Both the position numbers and the translations under genes were made by a program. DNA of 64,000 nt from assembly GCA_947302655.1 (NCBI GenBank), contig CAMYVW010000002.1, forward strand, positions 233,537 to 297,536, read 5' to 3'. How positions within the stretch are numbered: position 1 is the stretch's first letter; every line of letters starts with the position of its first letter. The notes under the pieces are model-generated. The model saw only the letters and a program-made list of their open reading frames with translations. It made no database searches and was not told where the DNA came from. Below, piece by piece: positions 1 to 9,714 of the stretch. This DNA is from an uncultured Mycoplasmatota bacterium. GTDB lineage: Bacteria; Bacillota_I; Bacilli_A; RF39; UBA660.

Positions 1-314
1 ATGAAAAAGAAGGTGGAGCAAGATGTGCTGTTTGCATTAAAAAAAGAATGGAATATACATGCATTAAAGCCAAAGAACTTGGTTATGATTATTTTGCTAC
101 AACACTTACAGTAAGTCCTCATAAAAATAGTCAAGTTATAAATAAAATTGGTGAGAGTTTAGAATCTTTATATGGAATAAAATTTTTATATAGTGATTTT
201 AAGAAGGAAGATGGCTATTTAAAAAGTATTAATTATTCTAAAGAATACGGTTTATACAGACAAAACTACTGTGGATGTAGGTATTCATTTCATGATGAAA
301 TAGATGGTGATTAA
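1..314 (+). CDS. queH: Epoxyqueuosine reductase QueH (DUF208), 5'-truncated by the window edge. The reading frame is open from position 3.
   Basis: Frame continues upstream of the M at 48 (EKEGGARCAVC...). Conserved Cys motifs CAVC and CGC are present. The C-terminus is typical of the DUF208/QueH family. Confidence 0.5.
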   Translation, partial: EKEGGARCAVCIKKRMEYTCIKAKELGYDYFATTLTVSPHKNSQVINKIGESLESLYGIKFLYSDFKKEDGYLKSINYSKEYGLYRQNYCGCRYSFHDEIDGD

Positions 315-505
315 ATCACCATTTTTTTTATTATAAAATCGTGTATTTTCCCTTGTATTTAAGCATATTATTTGATAAAATACTACTAGCCTTAAAGAAA
401 AGGAAAAAATACACATTAATGGGGATTATTTATATCGAGTGCCTTTATAGGTGTTATAGATGAGTAGATCCATTAAGCGGAAAAAAACGAAGGAGGATGA
501 AATTT

Positions 506-1528
506 ATGGCTGTAGTTTCTATGAGTTATTTATTAGAAGCTGGGGTTCATTTCGGTCATCAAACTAAAAGATGGAACCCTAAAATGAAGGAGTATATTTA
601 TACTTCTAGAGATGATATTTATATTATCGATTTACAAAAGACACAAGCTTTAATCGAAGAAGCTTATGCAGAAATCAAAAGTATTGCAGATAACGGAGGA
701 AACTTCTTATTTGTTGGTACTAAAAAACAAGCTAGTGAAGTAGCTAAGGAAGAAGCAATAAGATCTAATTCTTATTATGTAACTGAAAGATGGTTAGGTG
801 GTACTCTTACAAACTTCAGAACTATCAGAAGTCGTGTAAAAAGAATGGAACAAATTGAAAAAATGGAAGAAGACGGTAAATTTGATTTACTTCCTAAAAA
901 AGAAGTTATCGGTCTTAGAAAAGAACATGATAAACTTGATAGAGTTTTAGGTGGTATTCGTGAAATGGTTAAACTTCCCCAAGCAATAATTATTGTTGAT
1001 CCTAAGAAGGAAGCTAACGCTATCCATGAAGCAAGAAAATTAAATATACCTGTATTTGGTATTGTTGATACAAACTGTGATCCAGATGACGTTGATTATG
1101 TAATTCCTGGTAATGACGATGCTGTTAGATCAGTAAAAGTTATTTTAGGAGTTTTAGCAAATGCTATTTGTGAATCACGTGGACTTGAAATTGTTGATTA
1201 TGTAACTGAAGATGAAACTAAAGTTAAATCTCAAAGAGATGAATTAAAAGAAGAAGTTAAAGAAGAAAAAGCAACTAAAAAAGTTGTAAAAGCTGCTAAA
1301 GAAGAAGTAGTAGAAGAAGTTAAGGAAGAAAAACCTGCTAAAAAAACTACTGCTAAAAAAGAAGAAGTAAAAGAAGAAAAACCTGCTAAAAAAGCTCCTG
1401 CTAAGAAAGAAGCTAAAGAAGATTTATCTTCTAAAACTTTAACTGAACTTAAAGCTATCGCTAAAGAAAAAGGTTTAAAAGGTTACTCAACAATGAAAAA
1501 AGATGAGCTTGTAAAAGCTTTAGGATAA
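506..1528 (+). CDS. rpsB: 30S ribosomal protein S2 with a long K/E-rich C-terminal extension ending in a Rho_N/SAP-like helix-hairpin motif.
   Basis: N-terminus [27 protein letters not shown] is the canonical S2 start, with RBS AAGGAGGA 9 nt upstream. It precedes tsf. The C-terminal tail contains [11 protein letters not shown] repeats and [28 protein letters not shown]. Confidence 0.9.
   Translation: MAVVSMSYLLEAGVHFGHQTKRWNPKMKEYIYTSRDDIYIIDLQKTQALIEEAYAEIKSIADNGGNFLFVGTKKQASEVAKEEAIRSNSYYVTERWLGGTLTNFRTIRSRVKRMEQIEKMEEDGKFDLLPKKEVIGLRKEHDKLDRVLGGIREMVKLPQAIIIVDPKKEANAIHEARKLNIPVFGIVDTNCDPDDVDYVIPGNDDAVRSVKVILGVLANAICESRGLEIVDYVTEDETKVKSQRDELKEEVKEEKATKKVVKAAKEEVVEEVKEEKPAKKTTAKKEEVKEEKPAKKAPAKKEAKEDLSSKTLTELKAIAKEKGLKGYSTMKKDELVKALG
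1313..1408 (+). repeat. Two tandem 48-nt in-frame coding repeats ([11 protein letters not shown](T/A)(T/P)AKK) inside the rpsB tail.
   Basis: Units gaagaagttaaggaagaaaaacctgctaaaaaaactactgctaaaaaa and gaagaagtaaaagaagaaaaacctgctaaaaaagctcctgctaagaaa are read directly from the sequence. Confidence 0.6.
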
Positions 1529-1547
1529 TAAAGGAGAATTACTTATT

Positions 1548-2429
1548 ATGGAAATAACTGCTAGTATGGTTAAAGAATTACGTGAAGCTACTGGAGCTGG
1601 AATGATGGATTGCAAAAAAGCTCTTAGTGAATGTAATGGCAATATGGATGAAGCTGCTAATTGGCTTCGTGAAAAAGGTATTTCTAAATCTGCTAAGAAG
1701 GAATCTAGAATTGCTGCTGAAGGTTTAGCAAATATTTATGTTGAAGGAAATAAAGCTGTTATTTTAGAAGTTAATTCTGAAACAGACTTCGTTTCTAAAA
1801 ATGAAGAATTTAAAGCTATGATCGATGAAATTGGTAATGCTATTTTAAATAGTGATGCTAAAACTATGGACGAAGCTTTAGCACTTAGATCTAGTGAAGG
1901 GACTGTTCAAGATTTAATCGTTGCAAAAGTTGCAAAGATTGGTGAAAAGTTATCTTTCAGAAGATTTGAAGTTATTGAAAAAACTGATGCTGATTTCTTT
2001 GGAGCATATTTACATATGGGTGGAAAAATTGCTGTAGTTGTTGTTACTGAAGGAGCTTCTGAAGAAGTTGCTAAAGATGTTGCAATGCAAGCTGCTGCTA
2101 TGAAACCTAAATATGTATTTACTGAAGATGTTCCAGCTGAAGAAGTTGAAGAAGAAAAGAAAGTTTTAAAAGAACAAGCTATGAATGAAGGTAAACCTGC
2201 TGAAATAGCTGAAAAGATGGTTGCTGGTAGAATTAATAAATTCTATAAAGAAATTTGTTTAACTAAACAAGCTTTTATTAAAGACGGTGACATCGATGTT
2301 GAAACTTATGTAAAAAATAATAAAGGTACAATTAAATCAATGGTTCGTTATGAAGTTGGTGAAGGAATGCAAAAAAGAGAAGAAAACTTTGCTGAAGAAG
2401 TAATGAATCAAGTTAATGGTACTAACTAA
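1548..2429 (+). CDS. tsf: Elongation factor Ts.
   Basis: N-terminus MEITASMVKELREATGAGMMDCKKAL is the EF-Ts signature. It sits directly after rpsB with an RBS. Confidence 0.9.
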   Translation: MEITASMVKELREATGAGMMDCKKALSECNGNMDEAANWLREKGISKSAKKESRIAAEGLANIYVEGNKAVILEVNSETDFVSKNEEFKAMIDEIGNAILNSDAKTMDEALALRSSEGTVQDLIVAKVAKIGEKLSFRRFEVIEKTDADFFGAYLHMGGKIAVVVVTEGASEEVAKDVAMQAAAMKPKYVFTEDVPAEEVEEEKKVLKEQAMNEGKPAEIAEKMVAGRINKFYKEICLTKQAFIKDGDIDVETYVKNNKGTIKSMVRYEVGEGMQKREENFAEEVMNQVNGTN

Positions 2430-2519
2430 TAATTAATAAATAATATAGACACTTTATTAGTAAAGTGTCTTTTAATTTCTTTATAAACTTATTTTTAGAG
2501 TGTATAATTATTTGTATAG

Positions 2520-3107
2520 GTGGTAGCTATGAAAAAATATATAAAGTTATTAATTTTTTGTGTATTTATTGCATTATTTATTTATTTTGGTACTTTAGGT
2601 AAAACTAGTGAATCAAGGAAGAAAAACTCTAATAATAATTCGGTTGATAAATATTTTGGAAGCGCATATGTTTTTGAAGAAATTAATCACTCTAAGCTTT
2701 TGTCAAAACTTAATTCAAATGATCCTACAATGATTATTTATGCATGCTTTAAAGATAGCGATTTATGTGATAGCTATGCACAGCTTATTAATGAAATTGC
2801 AAGAAATTATGAGATAGATGAAATTTTATATTATGATTTTAAAATTGATAAAAAAGAGAAAAATGCAACTTATCAAAAAATCTTATCTAAATTTTCTGAT
2901 TATTTAATGACAGATGATTTTGGTAATCAAGATTTTTATGCACCTACTTTAATTACTATTAAAGATGGCTTTGTTTACGGTTTTGATGATGATCTTGCTT
3001 TAAAAAGAGGAAAAGATTCTCATAACAGAAAATTATCACAAGAAGAACTTGATTTAAAAAGAGAATATTTAATTAATACATTTGAGGAGTTTAAATCTAA
3101 TGAATAG
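2520..3107 (+). CDS. Hypothetical membrane-anchored protein (N-terminal TM), possibly thioredoxin-fold-like.
   Basis: ORF with an N-terminal hydrophobic segment. It occupies the position where pyrH normally sits between tsf and frr. No recognisable catalytic motif. Confidence 0.45.
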   Translation: MVAMKKYIKLLIFCVFIALFIYFGTLGKTSESRKKNSNNNSVDKYFGSAYVFEEINHSKLLSKLNSNDPTMIIYACFKDSDLCDSYAQLINEIARNYEIDEILYYDFKIDKKEKNATYQKILSKFSDYLMTDDFGNQDFYAPTLITIKDGFVYGFDDDLALKRGKDSHNRKLSQEELDLKREYLINTFEEFKSNE

Positions 3108-3873
3108 AAATTTGGAAAGAAGAAGAGATTTTATTGGTAGTATTTTATTTGTTATTTTTGTTTTTATTTTAGTTGTTGGAGGTTTTTTTGCAACTAAATA
3201 TCTAACAAGTGATTCGCAAAAAAAACAAATTCATAAATCTGAACTTAATAAGATAAAAGTAAATTCCGATAAAGATTTTGTTTATTATGATAATGAAGTA
3301 ACAATATGTGAAGATCCAGATATTGTACATAAAGATATTATAATAAATATTCAAGGAACTGATACTTTAAAAGAATTATTAAAAAAAGAAAACGATGAAA
3401 TTAGATCTTCAGTTAAAAAAATTAGTGAAAGTGAAGTTGATACTTCAAAAGAAATTCTTTATAAAGATGGAGATATATTTTTTACAAAAGAAAGAAATTA
3501 TGCTTCATATGAATCTAGTAAATATTTAAGTATAGTTATTACTGATGGTGAATTTAACTGCTATACTGGAAGCCAAATAAAAAGTGTTAAAACATATAAT
3601 TTTAATTTAGCCAATGGTAAACAATTATCTAATGAAACTATTTTAGGTTTCTATAGTATGAGTATAGATGATGTTAAAAATAAAATTTCCACTAAACTTG
3701 CATCAGATCAAGAAGAGTTTGGGGAAAATAGTTTAATTAATGTTGAAGATACACTTAATAGTATTAGTTTAGAAAATGCTGCCATATATTTTAATAAAGC
3801 AGGAAAACTTATGATAAGTGTTATTGTAAAAACAAATCAAGAAAGTTATAATGATACTATAGAACTTAATTAA
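3082..3873 (+). CDS. Hypothetical membrane-anchored protein.
   Basis: ORF with an N-terminal TM helix (ILFVIFVFILVVGGFFA). It overlaps the previous ORF, consistent with an operon. No recognisable family. Confidence 0.45.
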   Translation: MRSLNLMNRNLERRRDFIGSILFVIFVFILVVGGFFATKYLTSDSQKKQIHKSELNKIKVNSDKDFVYYDNEVTICEDPDIVHKDIIINIQGTDTLKELLKKENDEIRSSVKKISESEVDTSKEILYKDGDIFFTKERNYASYESSKYLSIVITDGEFNCYTGSQIKSVKTYNFNLANGKQLSNETILGFYSMSIDDVKNKISTKLASDQEEFGENSLINVEDTLNSISLENAAIYFNKAGKLMISVIVKTNQESYNDTIELN

Positions 3874-3885
3874 GGAGTGATATAT

Positions 3886-4422
3886 ATGGATATAAATGAT
3901 GTAGAACTTAAAATGATGAAAGCCGTTGATACAATGGATTCAAGACTTTTAAATATTAGAGCTGGTAGAGCAAACCCAGCTATGCTTAATGGAATTCAAG
4001 CAGAGTATTATGGAGTGCCAACTCCAATTCAATCTCTTGCAAATATTACTGTTCCAGAAGCAAGACAATTATTTATTAAACCTTTTGATAAATCTGCTTT
4101 AAAAGAAATTGAAAGAGCTATTAATGAAGCAAATTTAGGTATTACACCAACTAATAATGGTGAAATGATTATTTTAACTATTCCAGAACTTAATGAAGAT
4201 AGAAGAAGAGAATATGTTAAACAAGCTAAACAAATTGGTGAAGAAGGAAAAGTAGCTGTTAGAAATGTTAGACAAGATGCTAACAATGATCTTAAAAAGT
4301 TAGAACTTCCAGAAGATGAAGAAAAATTATATTTAGAAGATATTCAAGAACTTACAAATAAATATAATAAGATTATAGAAGATAAAATTAAAGAAAAAGA
4401 AGAAGAACTAATGCAAGTTTAG
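3886..4422 (+). CDS. frr: Ribosome recycling factor.
   Basis: MDINDVELKMMKAVD...RAGRANPAMLNGIQAEYYGVPTPIQSLANITVPEARQL is a canonical RRF. The ATG at 3886 is preferred because RBS AAGGAGTG precedes it; the ORF-track start at 3877 is a GTG. Confidence 0.9.
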   Translation: MDINDVELKMMKAVDTMDSRLLNIRAGRANPAMLNGIQAEYYGVPTPIQSLANITVPEARQLFIKPFDKSALKEIERAINEANLGITPTNNGEMIILTIPELNEDRRREYVKQAKQIGEEGKVAVRNVRQDANNDLKKLELPEDEEKLYLEDIQELTNKYNKIIEDKIKEKEEELMQV

Positions 4423-4510
4423 TTCTTTTTTTTGTATAGTTTATGTATATTGAAAAATTAAGTAAAATATGATATATTATAGACATATTAGAAATAAGGA
4501 GAGTGATTTT

Positions 4511-5065
4511 ATGCCAGTATGGGGATGGATCATAATTGGTGTTGTAGGCTTTATTATTTTATGGGTAGTAGGAGCTTATAACGGACTTGTAAGACTTAGA
4601 AATAGGGTTAGAGATCAATGGGCTCAAATCGATGTTCAACTTAAAAGAAGATTCGATTTAATACCTAACTTAGTAGAAACTGTTAAAGGTTATACTAAAC
4701 ATGAAAGTGAAACTTTAGAGAATGTAGTAAAAGCTAGAAATACTTATTTAAGTGCTACTACACCTGAAGGACAAATGGAAGCTAATGGAGAACTTACTCA
4801 AGCAATATCTAAATTATTTGCTCTAACTGAAAGTTATCCTGATTTAAAAGCTAATTCTAACTTTATGCAAATGCAAGCTGATTTAAAAGAAACTGAAGAA
4901 AAGATTGCATATGCTCGTCAATTCTATAATGACACTGTACTTCAATACAATAATAAAGTTGAAGTTGTTCCAACAAACATTATTGCAGGTTTATTTGGAT
5001 TCAAGAAGGAAGCTTTCTTCCAAGCTACTGAAGCTGAAAGACAAAACGTTGAAGTTAAATTTTAA
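4511..5065 (+). CDS. lemA: LemA family protein.
   Basis: N-terminal TM followed by NGLVRLRNRVRDQWAQIDVQLKRRFDLIPNLVETVKGY, a LemA signature. Start is moved to the ATG after RBS AAGGAGAGTG. Confidence 0.8.
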   Translation: MPVWGWIIIGVVGFIILWVVGAYNGLVRLRNRVRDQWAQIDVQLKRRFDLIPNLVETVKGYTKHESETLENVVKARNTYLSATTPEGQMEANGELTQAISKLFALTESYPDLKANSNFMQMQADLKETEEKIAYARQFYNDTVLQYNNKVEVVPTNIIAGLFGFKKEAFFQATEAERQNVEVKF

Positions 5066-5109
5066 GCTTACTTAAAAGTAAGCTTTTTTTTAAAGAAGGA
5101 GGATATATT

Positions 5110-7047
5110 ATGAAACGTATTTTATTTGCGATTCTTTCTTTTTTTATTTTGCCTCTAGCAGTTTATGCTGGAAGAGCAGTTAATAATGTTAATTTTGATA
5201 TTAAGCAAGATTATTTTAATGTTCATATTCTAGATAATGGTGATGTTAAAGTTCAAGAGTTAATTCGTTATAGTGGATCACTTAATGGAGTATATTTAAA
5301 TCTTGCATTTGGTAATACATTTACAAGCTATAGTGATACTGATTATGCAAATAATGCTATTTATAATTTTGATGGTTATAAAGATGTTAAAATATCAGCA
5401 AAAAAACTAAGTAAAATATCATTTGATACATTTAATAATCTTGATGGTTTTAAAGAATTTGAAGAAACAGATTATGCAACTTCTGGTGATGAGTTTGTAT
5501 ATACTTTAGATTCAAGTTTGGATGAAGATAGTTATAAAATTTTTTATCTTGTTCATAGTGATTCAGTAGTATTTTTATATGAATATACACTAGATAAACC
5601 AGTAGTTATTCATGATGATGTTGCTGAACTTTACTGGCAGATATTTGATACTGATCCAGTAAGACAAAATCAAACTGATGTTTCTGTTAGAGTTTATTTA
5701 CCAGAACCTGATAATGAAGATGTATTTAGAATTTGGACTCATGATATTTTATCAAGTACCATACAATATCTTGAACAAAATGGTGAATTAATTGGTTTTG
5801 AAGTTCATGCTGATAAAATAACACCAGATGATCTATTTGATATCAGAACAACATTTAGTAAGAATTCAATTAAAGATAAATCTGGATTAGACCATTTTTA
5901 TGGAGAAGGACTTAAAAATATATTAGAAGTTGAAAAGGAAAGAGCATATCTTGCTAATGAGGAAAGAGCTCATTTAAAAAGAATATATAATATATATAAA
6001 ACCATTTCTTATGTTCTTTTAATTACATGTCCTATTTTATTTATAATAATATATTTTCTATATGCCATGAAACCAAAAACTAATTTCTACGCAAAATATT
6101 ATAGAGAATTTATTGATGATTATAATGTTGAAGTAATTGATTATTTATATCATAAAAGTTTAACACCTAATGCTTTTTCAGCGGCTATTATGAATTTAGT
6201 ATACCTTAAAAAGATTGAAGTTGAAGAACTTCATGATGGAAAAAATAATGGTAAAAAGAAGGAGTATAAGTTTAAACTTCTATCTAGGGATGATTTAGAT
6301 GAATCAAATTTATATTTAGTAGAGTTCTTATTTGATAGGGTTGGTAAAGATGATGAAGTAACTACTAAAGATATTAAGAATTACGCAGCATCAACTAAGA
6401 CAGGTTCTAAATTTAATACATCTTATACAAAGTGGAATAATAAGGTAAAAGGTATAGGTGCTAAACAAAACTTCTTTAAGAGCAAAGCAGGAGCTTATCT
6501 TGCAGCTGTAATATATTTCTTTATATCTCTTATAATTATGTCTACTGGTTCATCAAGAGGTGTGGATTTATTTACAATTTACTTACCATTTATATTATCA
6601 ATTGCACTATTTATCTATGTATGCACTATTAAAGCATATAATGAAAAAGGTGCACTACATGTTAAAAAATGGAATGCATTTAAGAACTTTTTAAATGATT
6701 TTGGAACATTTGAAGTTAAAGAATTACCTGAAATCAAGCTTTGGGAAAGATATTTAGTTTATGCAACTATGTTTGGACTTGCTGATAAAGTTCAAAAAGT
6801 TATGAATGTAAAAATAAAAGAAGTATCTGAACTTGATAGTACGTATACAAATACAACATTTACACATTTATATATGTATGACTCTTTAAGACATACTGTA
6901 AATAGAGCTGTAAGTGATGGTAGAAGACAGTATGCTGCATCAAGAGCTAATGCTTATTCATCACATTCTTCTGGAGGAGGCTTCGGTGGAGGCGGATCCT
7001 TTGGCGGAGGCTTCGGTGGTGGAGGCGGAGGCCGTGGAGGTTTCTAG
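5110..7047 (+). CDS. DUF2207-family membrane protein with a Gly-rich C-terminus.
   Basis: Signal/TM, a central multi-TM block, and a C-terminal SSGGGFGGGGSFGGGFGGGGGGRGGF tail typical of DUF2207. It is the usual partner gene of LemA. Confidence 0.7.
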   Translation: MKRILFAILSFFILPLAVYAGRAVNNVNFDIKQDYFNVHILDNGDVKVQELIRYSGSLNGVYLNLAFGNTFTSYSDTDYANNAIYNFDGYKDVKISAKKLSKISFDTFNNLDGFKEFEETDYATSGDEFVYTLDSSLDEDSYKIFYLVHSDSVVFLYEYTLDKPVVIHDDVAELYWQIFDTDPVRQNQTDVSVRVYLPEPDNEDVFRIWTHDILSSTIQYLEQNGELIGFEVHADKITPDDLFDIRTTFSKNSIKDKSGLDHFYGEGLKNILEVEKERAYLANEERAHLKRIYNIYKTISYVLLITCPILFIIIYFLYAMKPKTNFYAKYYREFIDDYNVEVIDYLYHKSLTPNAFSAAIMNLVYLKKIEVEELHDGKNNGKKKEYKFKLLSRDDLDESNLYLVEFLFDRVGKDDEVTTKDIKNYAASTKTGSKFNTSYTKWNNKVKGIGAKQNFFKSKAGAYLAAVIYFFISLIIMSTGSSRGVDLFTIYLPFILSIALFIYVCTIKAYNEKGALHVKKWNAFKNFLNDFGTFEVKELPEIKLWERYLVYATMFGLADKVQKVMNVKIKEVSELDSTYTNTTFTHLYMYDSLRHTVNRAVSDGRRQYAASRANAYSSHSSGGGFGGGGSFGGGFGGGGGGRGGF

Positions 7048-7147
7048 TTATAAATAAAAGGTATGAATAATACCTTTTTTTCTTGCATTATATTTAGTTT
7101 TGTATATAATAAGTGTCATAATTTTAATTTTAAGTGAGGTTTTAATT

Positions 7148-7732
7148 ATGAATAATGATGTTTTTAAAAAGCTTTTTTATGCTTACAATATAGATGAAAC
7201 TGATAAGAAAAAATATTCAGCTATTTTAAGTAATGTAAATTTAGCTCCACTTGGAAAACAAGTTAAAAAGAATGTATCTAATGGAACTATTACAGTAAGT
7301 GTACCTGCAATGGCTTATAGATATAATGGGCTTGATTCTAATCCTTATAATACGACATTAAATTTTCTTATTAGACATAATAATGATAATAATAATTACA
7401 ATATAGAGTCATTATTTTTTAATATTGATGAAAATTTTTATAGTGTACATGATTTAGAGTATATTGAAGATATTAATGAAGATAATAATTGGTCAGTTGA
7501 TTTTCAATATGATTTATATGACAGAAATTCTTATTTCTACGCTATATATCAAGGAAAAACACTTGATGTAACACCACAAACTTTTATTGATAATAATATT
7601 AAACCTAATGTAAGTTTAAGTGCTAGTTTTTCACAAACATATATTTATAATATTATAGATGTATGTGTTAGAAGTCTTGATAAACATAAAACATTTAATG
7701 GTCATGATGTTTATCCAAGTAGAACAAAATAA
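7148..7732 (+). CDS. Hypothetical protein, N/Y-rich.
   Basis: ORF preceded by a terminator and RBS AGTGAGG. No family recognised. Confidence 0.4.
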   Translation: MNNDVFKKLFYAYNIDETDKKKYSAILSNVNLAPLGKQVKKNVSNGTITVSVPAMAYRYNGLDSNPYNTTLNFLIRHNNDNNNYNIESLFFNIDENFYSVHDLEYIEDINEDNNWSVDFQYDLYDRNSYFYAIYQGKTLDVTPQTFIDNNIKPNVSLSASFSQTYIYNIIDVCVRSLDKHKTFNGHDVYPSRTK

Positions 7733-7794
7733 TTAAAGGTATTTATATACCTTTTTTTATATGTTAAAATAAATATATAAAGTGGTGATATGAG

Positions 7795-9015
7795 TTGAAA
7801 ACTAAGAGAATAAAAACAAAAAAAGAAAAAATACTTTTAATGCTAGATATATTAGTTGTAGCTATTTGTATATTTAGATGCTTAAAAAACTATAGTTTTT
7901 TTAAAGAAGGATTTCAAGCTTTTAAAGCAATAGGAAATAGTTCTTTTATATCTATATTATTATTTCTTTATTTAATATGGTTATTTATTTTATATATTAT
8001 TGTTAAAAACTTCTTAATACTTGCTATTTATTTAGCTTACAGAATACCTAAAAAAAGAATATTAAAACATAATACTAAATATGAAGTAATAGATAATATA
8101 GATTATTTTAGAGATAGATTTAATAATATTACACCTTCTGAAATTAGTTTATTAACTGATTTAGAAATCGAAACAAAAAAGGATTTAGCTGCATCTATTT
8201 TAAATTTATATAATAAAAAATTAATATCATTTGATAATAAAAAGAAGATGATTATTAGAAAAGATGCAAATACTGATAATTTAAAAGAAAGTGACAAACT
8301 TTTATATAGTTTACTTCTAAATAATAATTTAAATGCTGTAAGTGTTAAAGAATGGAAAAATATTTCAGAAAAAGAAGCTGTAGAAGACGGATTTATTAAA
8401 GAAAAAGGTCGAAAGAAATGGTATGGTTTTACTGATTCTATAACAACAGTTATGAAATGGGTTGGTGTTTTATTTTTATCAGGAATAATAGGTGGTGGAT
8501 ATCTAGTTACACCTGTTGGTCAAAAATTAATGGATAAAATGAATACATATGAAGAACTAACGAAAGATATTAAAGATCAAGATGTTATTGTTGATATGAT
8601 AAAAACTGATAAAGATTTTAGAAAATTAACATATGATATATATGTTGAATCAATTCCAGTATGTATTGTTGGTACATTTGCTGTTATTGCATTATTTGCT
8701 TTATTTTCTATGCCTTTTTATTTAAGAGCAAGAAAAATTACTTATTTCTTAGTTGATGCCAATGATAAATATGAAAGAACTAGTGAAGGTAAAGTATTAG
8801 TAGAGCAAATAGTTGGAATGAAAAACTTTATTCATGATTTTAGTAATTTATCTAAAAGTCAGAAAGATGAAGTTATTTTATGGAATGATTTTTTAGTATA
8901 TGCTGTTTTACTTGAAGAAAATGATAAGATAATTAAAGATATATTTAATTATAAAAAAGTTGATACAGAAGTACTAAAACTTGTTGATAGTAATATTAAT
9001 ATAAAAAATATATAA
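7795..9015 (+). CDS. Hypothetical integral membrane protein.
   Basis: ORF with several predicted TM segments. It is flanked by hairpin terminators. The start is uncertain (TTG at 7795 or ATG at 7840). Confidence 0.45.
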   Translation: MKTKRIKTKKEKILLMLDILVVAICIFRCLKNYSFFKEGFQAFKAIGNSSFISILLFLYLIWLFILYIIVKNFLILAIYLAYRIPKKRILKHNTKYEVIDNIDYFRDRFNNITPSEISLLTDLEIETKKDLAASILNLYNKKLISFDNKKKMIIRKDANTDNLKESDKLLYSLLLNNNLNAVSVKEWKNISEKEAVEDGFIKEKGRKKWYGFTDSITTVMKWVGVLFLSGIIGGGYLVTPVGQKLMDKMNTYEELTKDIKDQDVIVDMIKTDKDFRKLTYDIYVESIPVCIVGTFAVIALFALFSMPFYLRARKITYFLVDANDKYERTSEGKVLVEQIVGMKNFIHDFSNLSKSQKDEVILWNDFLVYAVLLEENDKIIKDIFNYKKVDTEVLKLVDSNINIKNI

Positions 9016-9075
9016 GTAAAAGGTATTTTTAATACCTTTTTTTATATGGTATAATTATTTTTAGGAGGCATAAAT

Positions 9076-9714
9076 ATGGAGATTAAGTTTAATGGCATAG
9101 ATGTTAATATTGTTATTGAAAAAAAACGTAATCGAAACATGTATTTTCGCTTTAAAGACGTAAATACACTTTATGTTACTTGTCCATATTTAACCTCAGA
9201 TAAAACAATAATTAAATTTATTGAAGAAAATTATAATTCTCTATCTAAAATGCATAAAAAAACAATTAAAAATGAAGAATCCGATGAGTATTTTTGTTTT
9301 AAAGGTAAAAGATATATAAGAGTCTTTGATGAATCTTATAAAGGAGTATCTTTTGATGATGATTTTGTTTATGCTAAAGATGAAAAATCTTTAAATTCTT
9401 ATATAAAAAAATATATAAAAGAATATTTCACTAATGAAGTTGATTTAATTAAACCCATGTTTCAAGGTATTCCAGAGTTTGCTTTAAGAATTAGATTTAT
9501 GAAAACCAGATGGGGCGTGTGTAATAGAACTAATAAAATCGTAACTCTTAATAGTGAACTTATTAAAAGAACAAGAGAAGAACTTGATTATGTTATAGTT
9601 CATGAACTATGTCACTTTTATGAAGGAAATCATAGTGCTAAATTCTGGGAACATGTATCAAGGTATATTCCTAATTATAAGGAACTTAGAAAAACAATGA
9701 AGGAGGCAATATAA
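9076..9714 (+). CDS. YgjP/DUF45-family (SprT-like) zinc metallohydrolase.
   Basis: C-terminal HELCHFYEGNHSAKFWEHV contains HExxH plus the downstream His/Glu typical of DUF45. RBS AGGAGG precedes the ATG. Confidence 0.6.
   Translation: MEIKFNGIDVNIVIEKKRNRNMYFRFKDVNTLYVTCPYLTSDKTIIKFIEENYNSLSKMHKKTIKNEESDEYFCFKGKRYIRVFDESYKGVSFDDDFVYAKDEKSLNSYIKKYIKEYFTNEVDLIKPMFQGIPEFALRIRFMKTRWGVCNRTNKIVTLNSELIKRTREELDYVIVHELCHFYEGNHSAKFWEHVSRYIPNYKELRKTMKEAI

Noticed and set aside
4029-4286. Antisense ORF inside frr. The same applies to the other antisense or overlapping ORFs in the track: 8103-8297, 14399-14593, 16661-16879, 20074-20313, 21230-21427, 28111-28331, 33443-33658, 39046-39258, 42006-42320, 52338-52562, 54094-54288, 55857-56060, 56880-57119, 59272-59571, 61814-62095 and 62671-62859.
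   Set aside because: They lie wholly inside well-supported genes on the opposite strand or in another frame. They have no RBS, and their low-complexity hydrophobic or I/L/F-rich composition is typical of spurious ORFs in AT-rich DNA.
6950-7047. GC-rich Gly-codon tract (ggaggaggcttcggtggaggcgga...) as a possible repeat element or CRISPR-like spacer array.
   Set aside because: It is in-frame coding sequence for the known poly-Gly C-terminus of DUF2207 proteins. It has no spacer/repeat periodicity.
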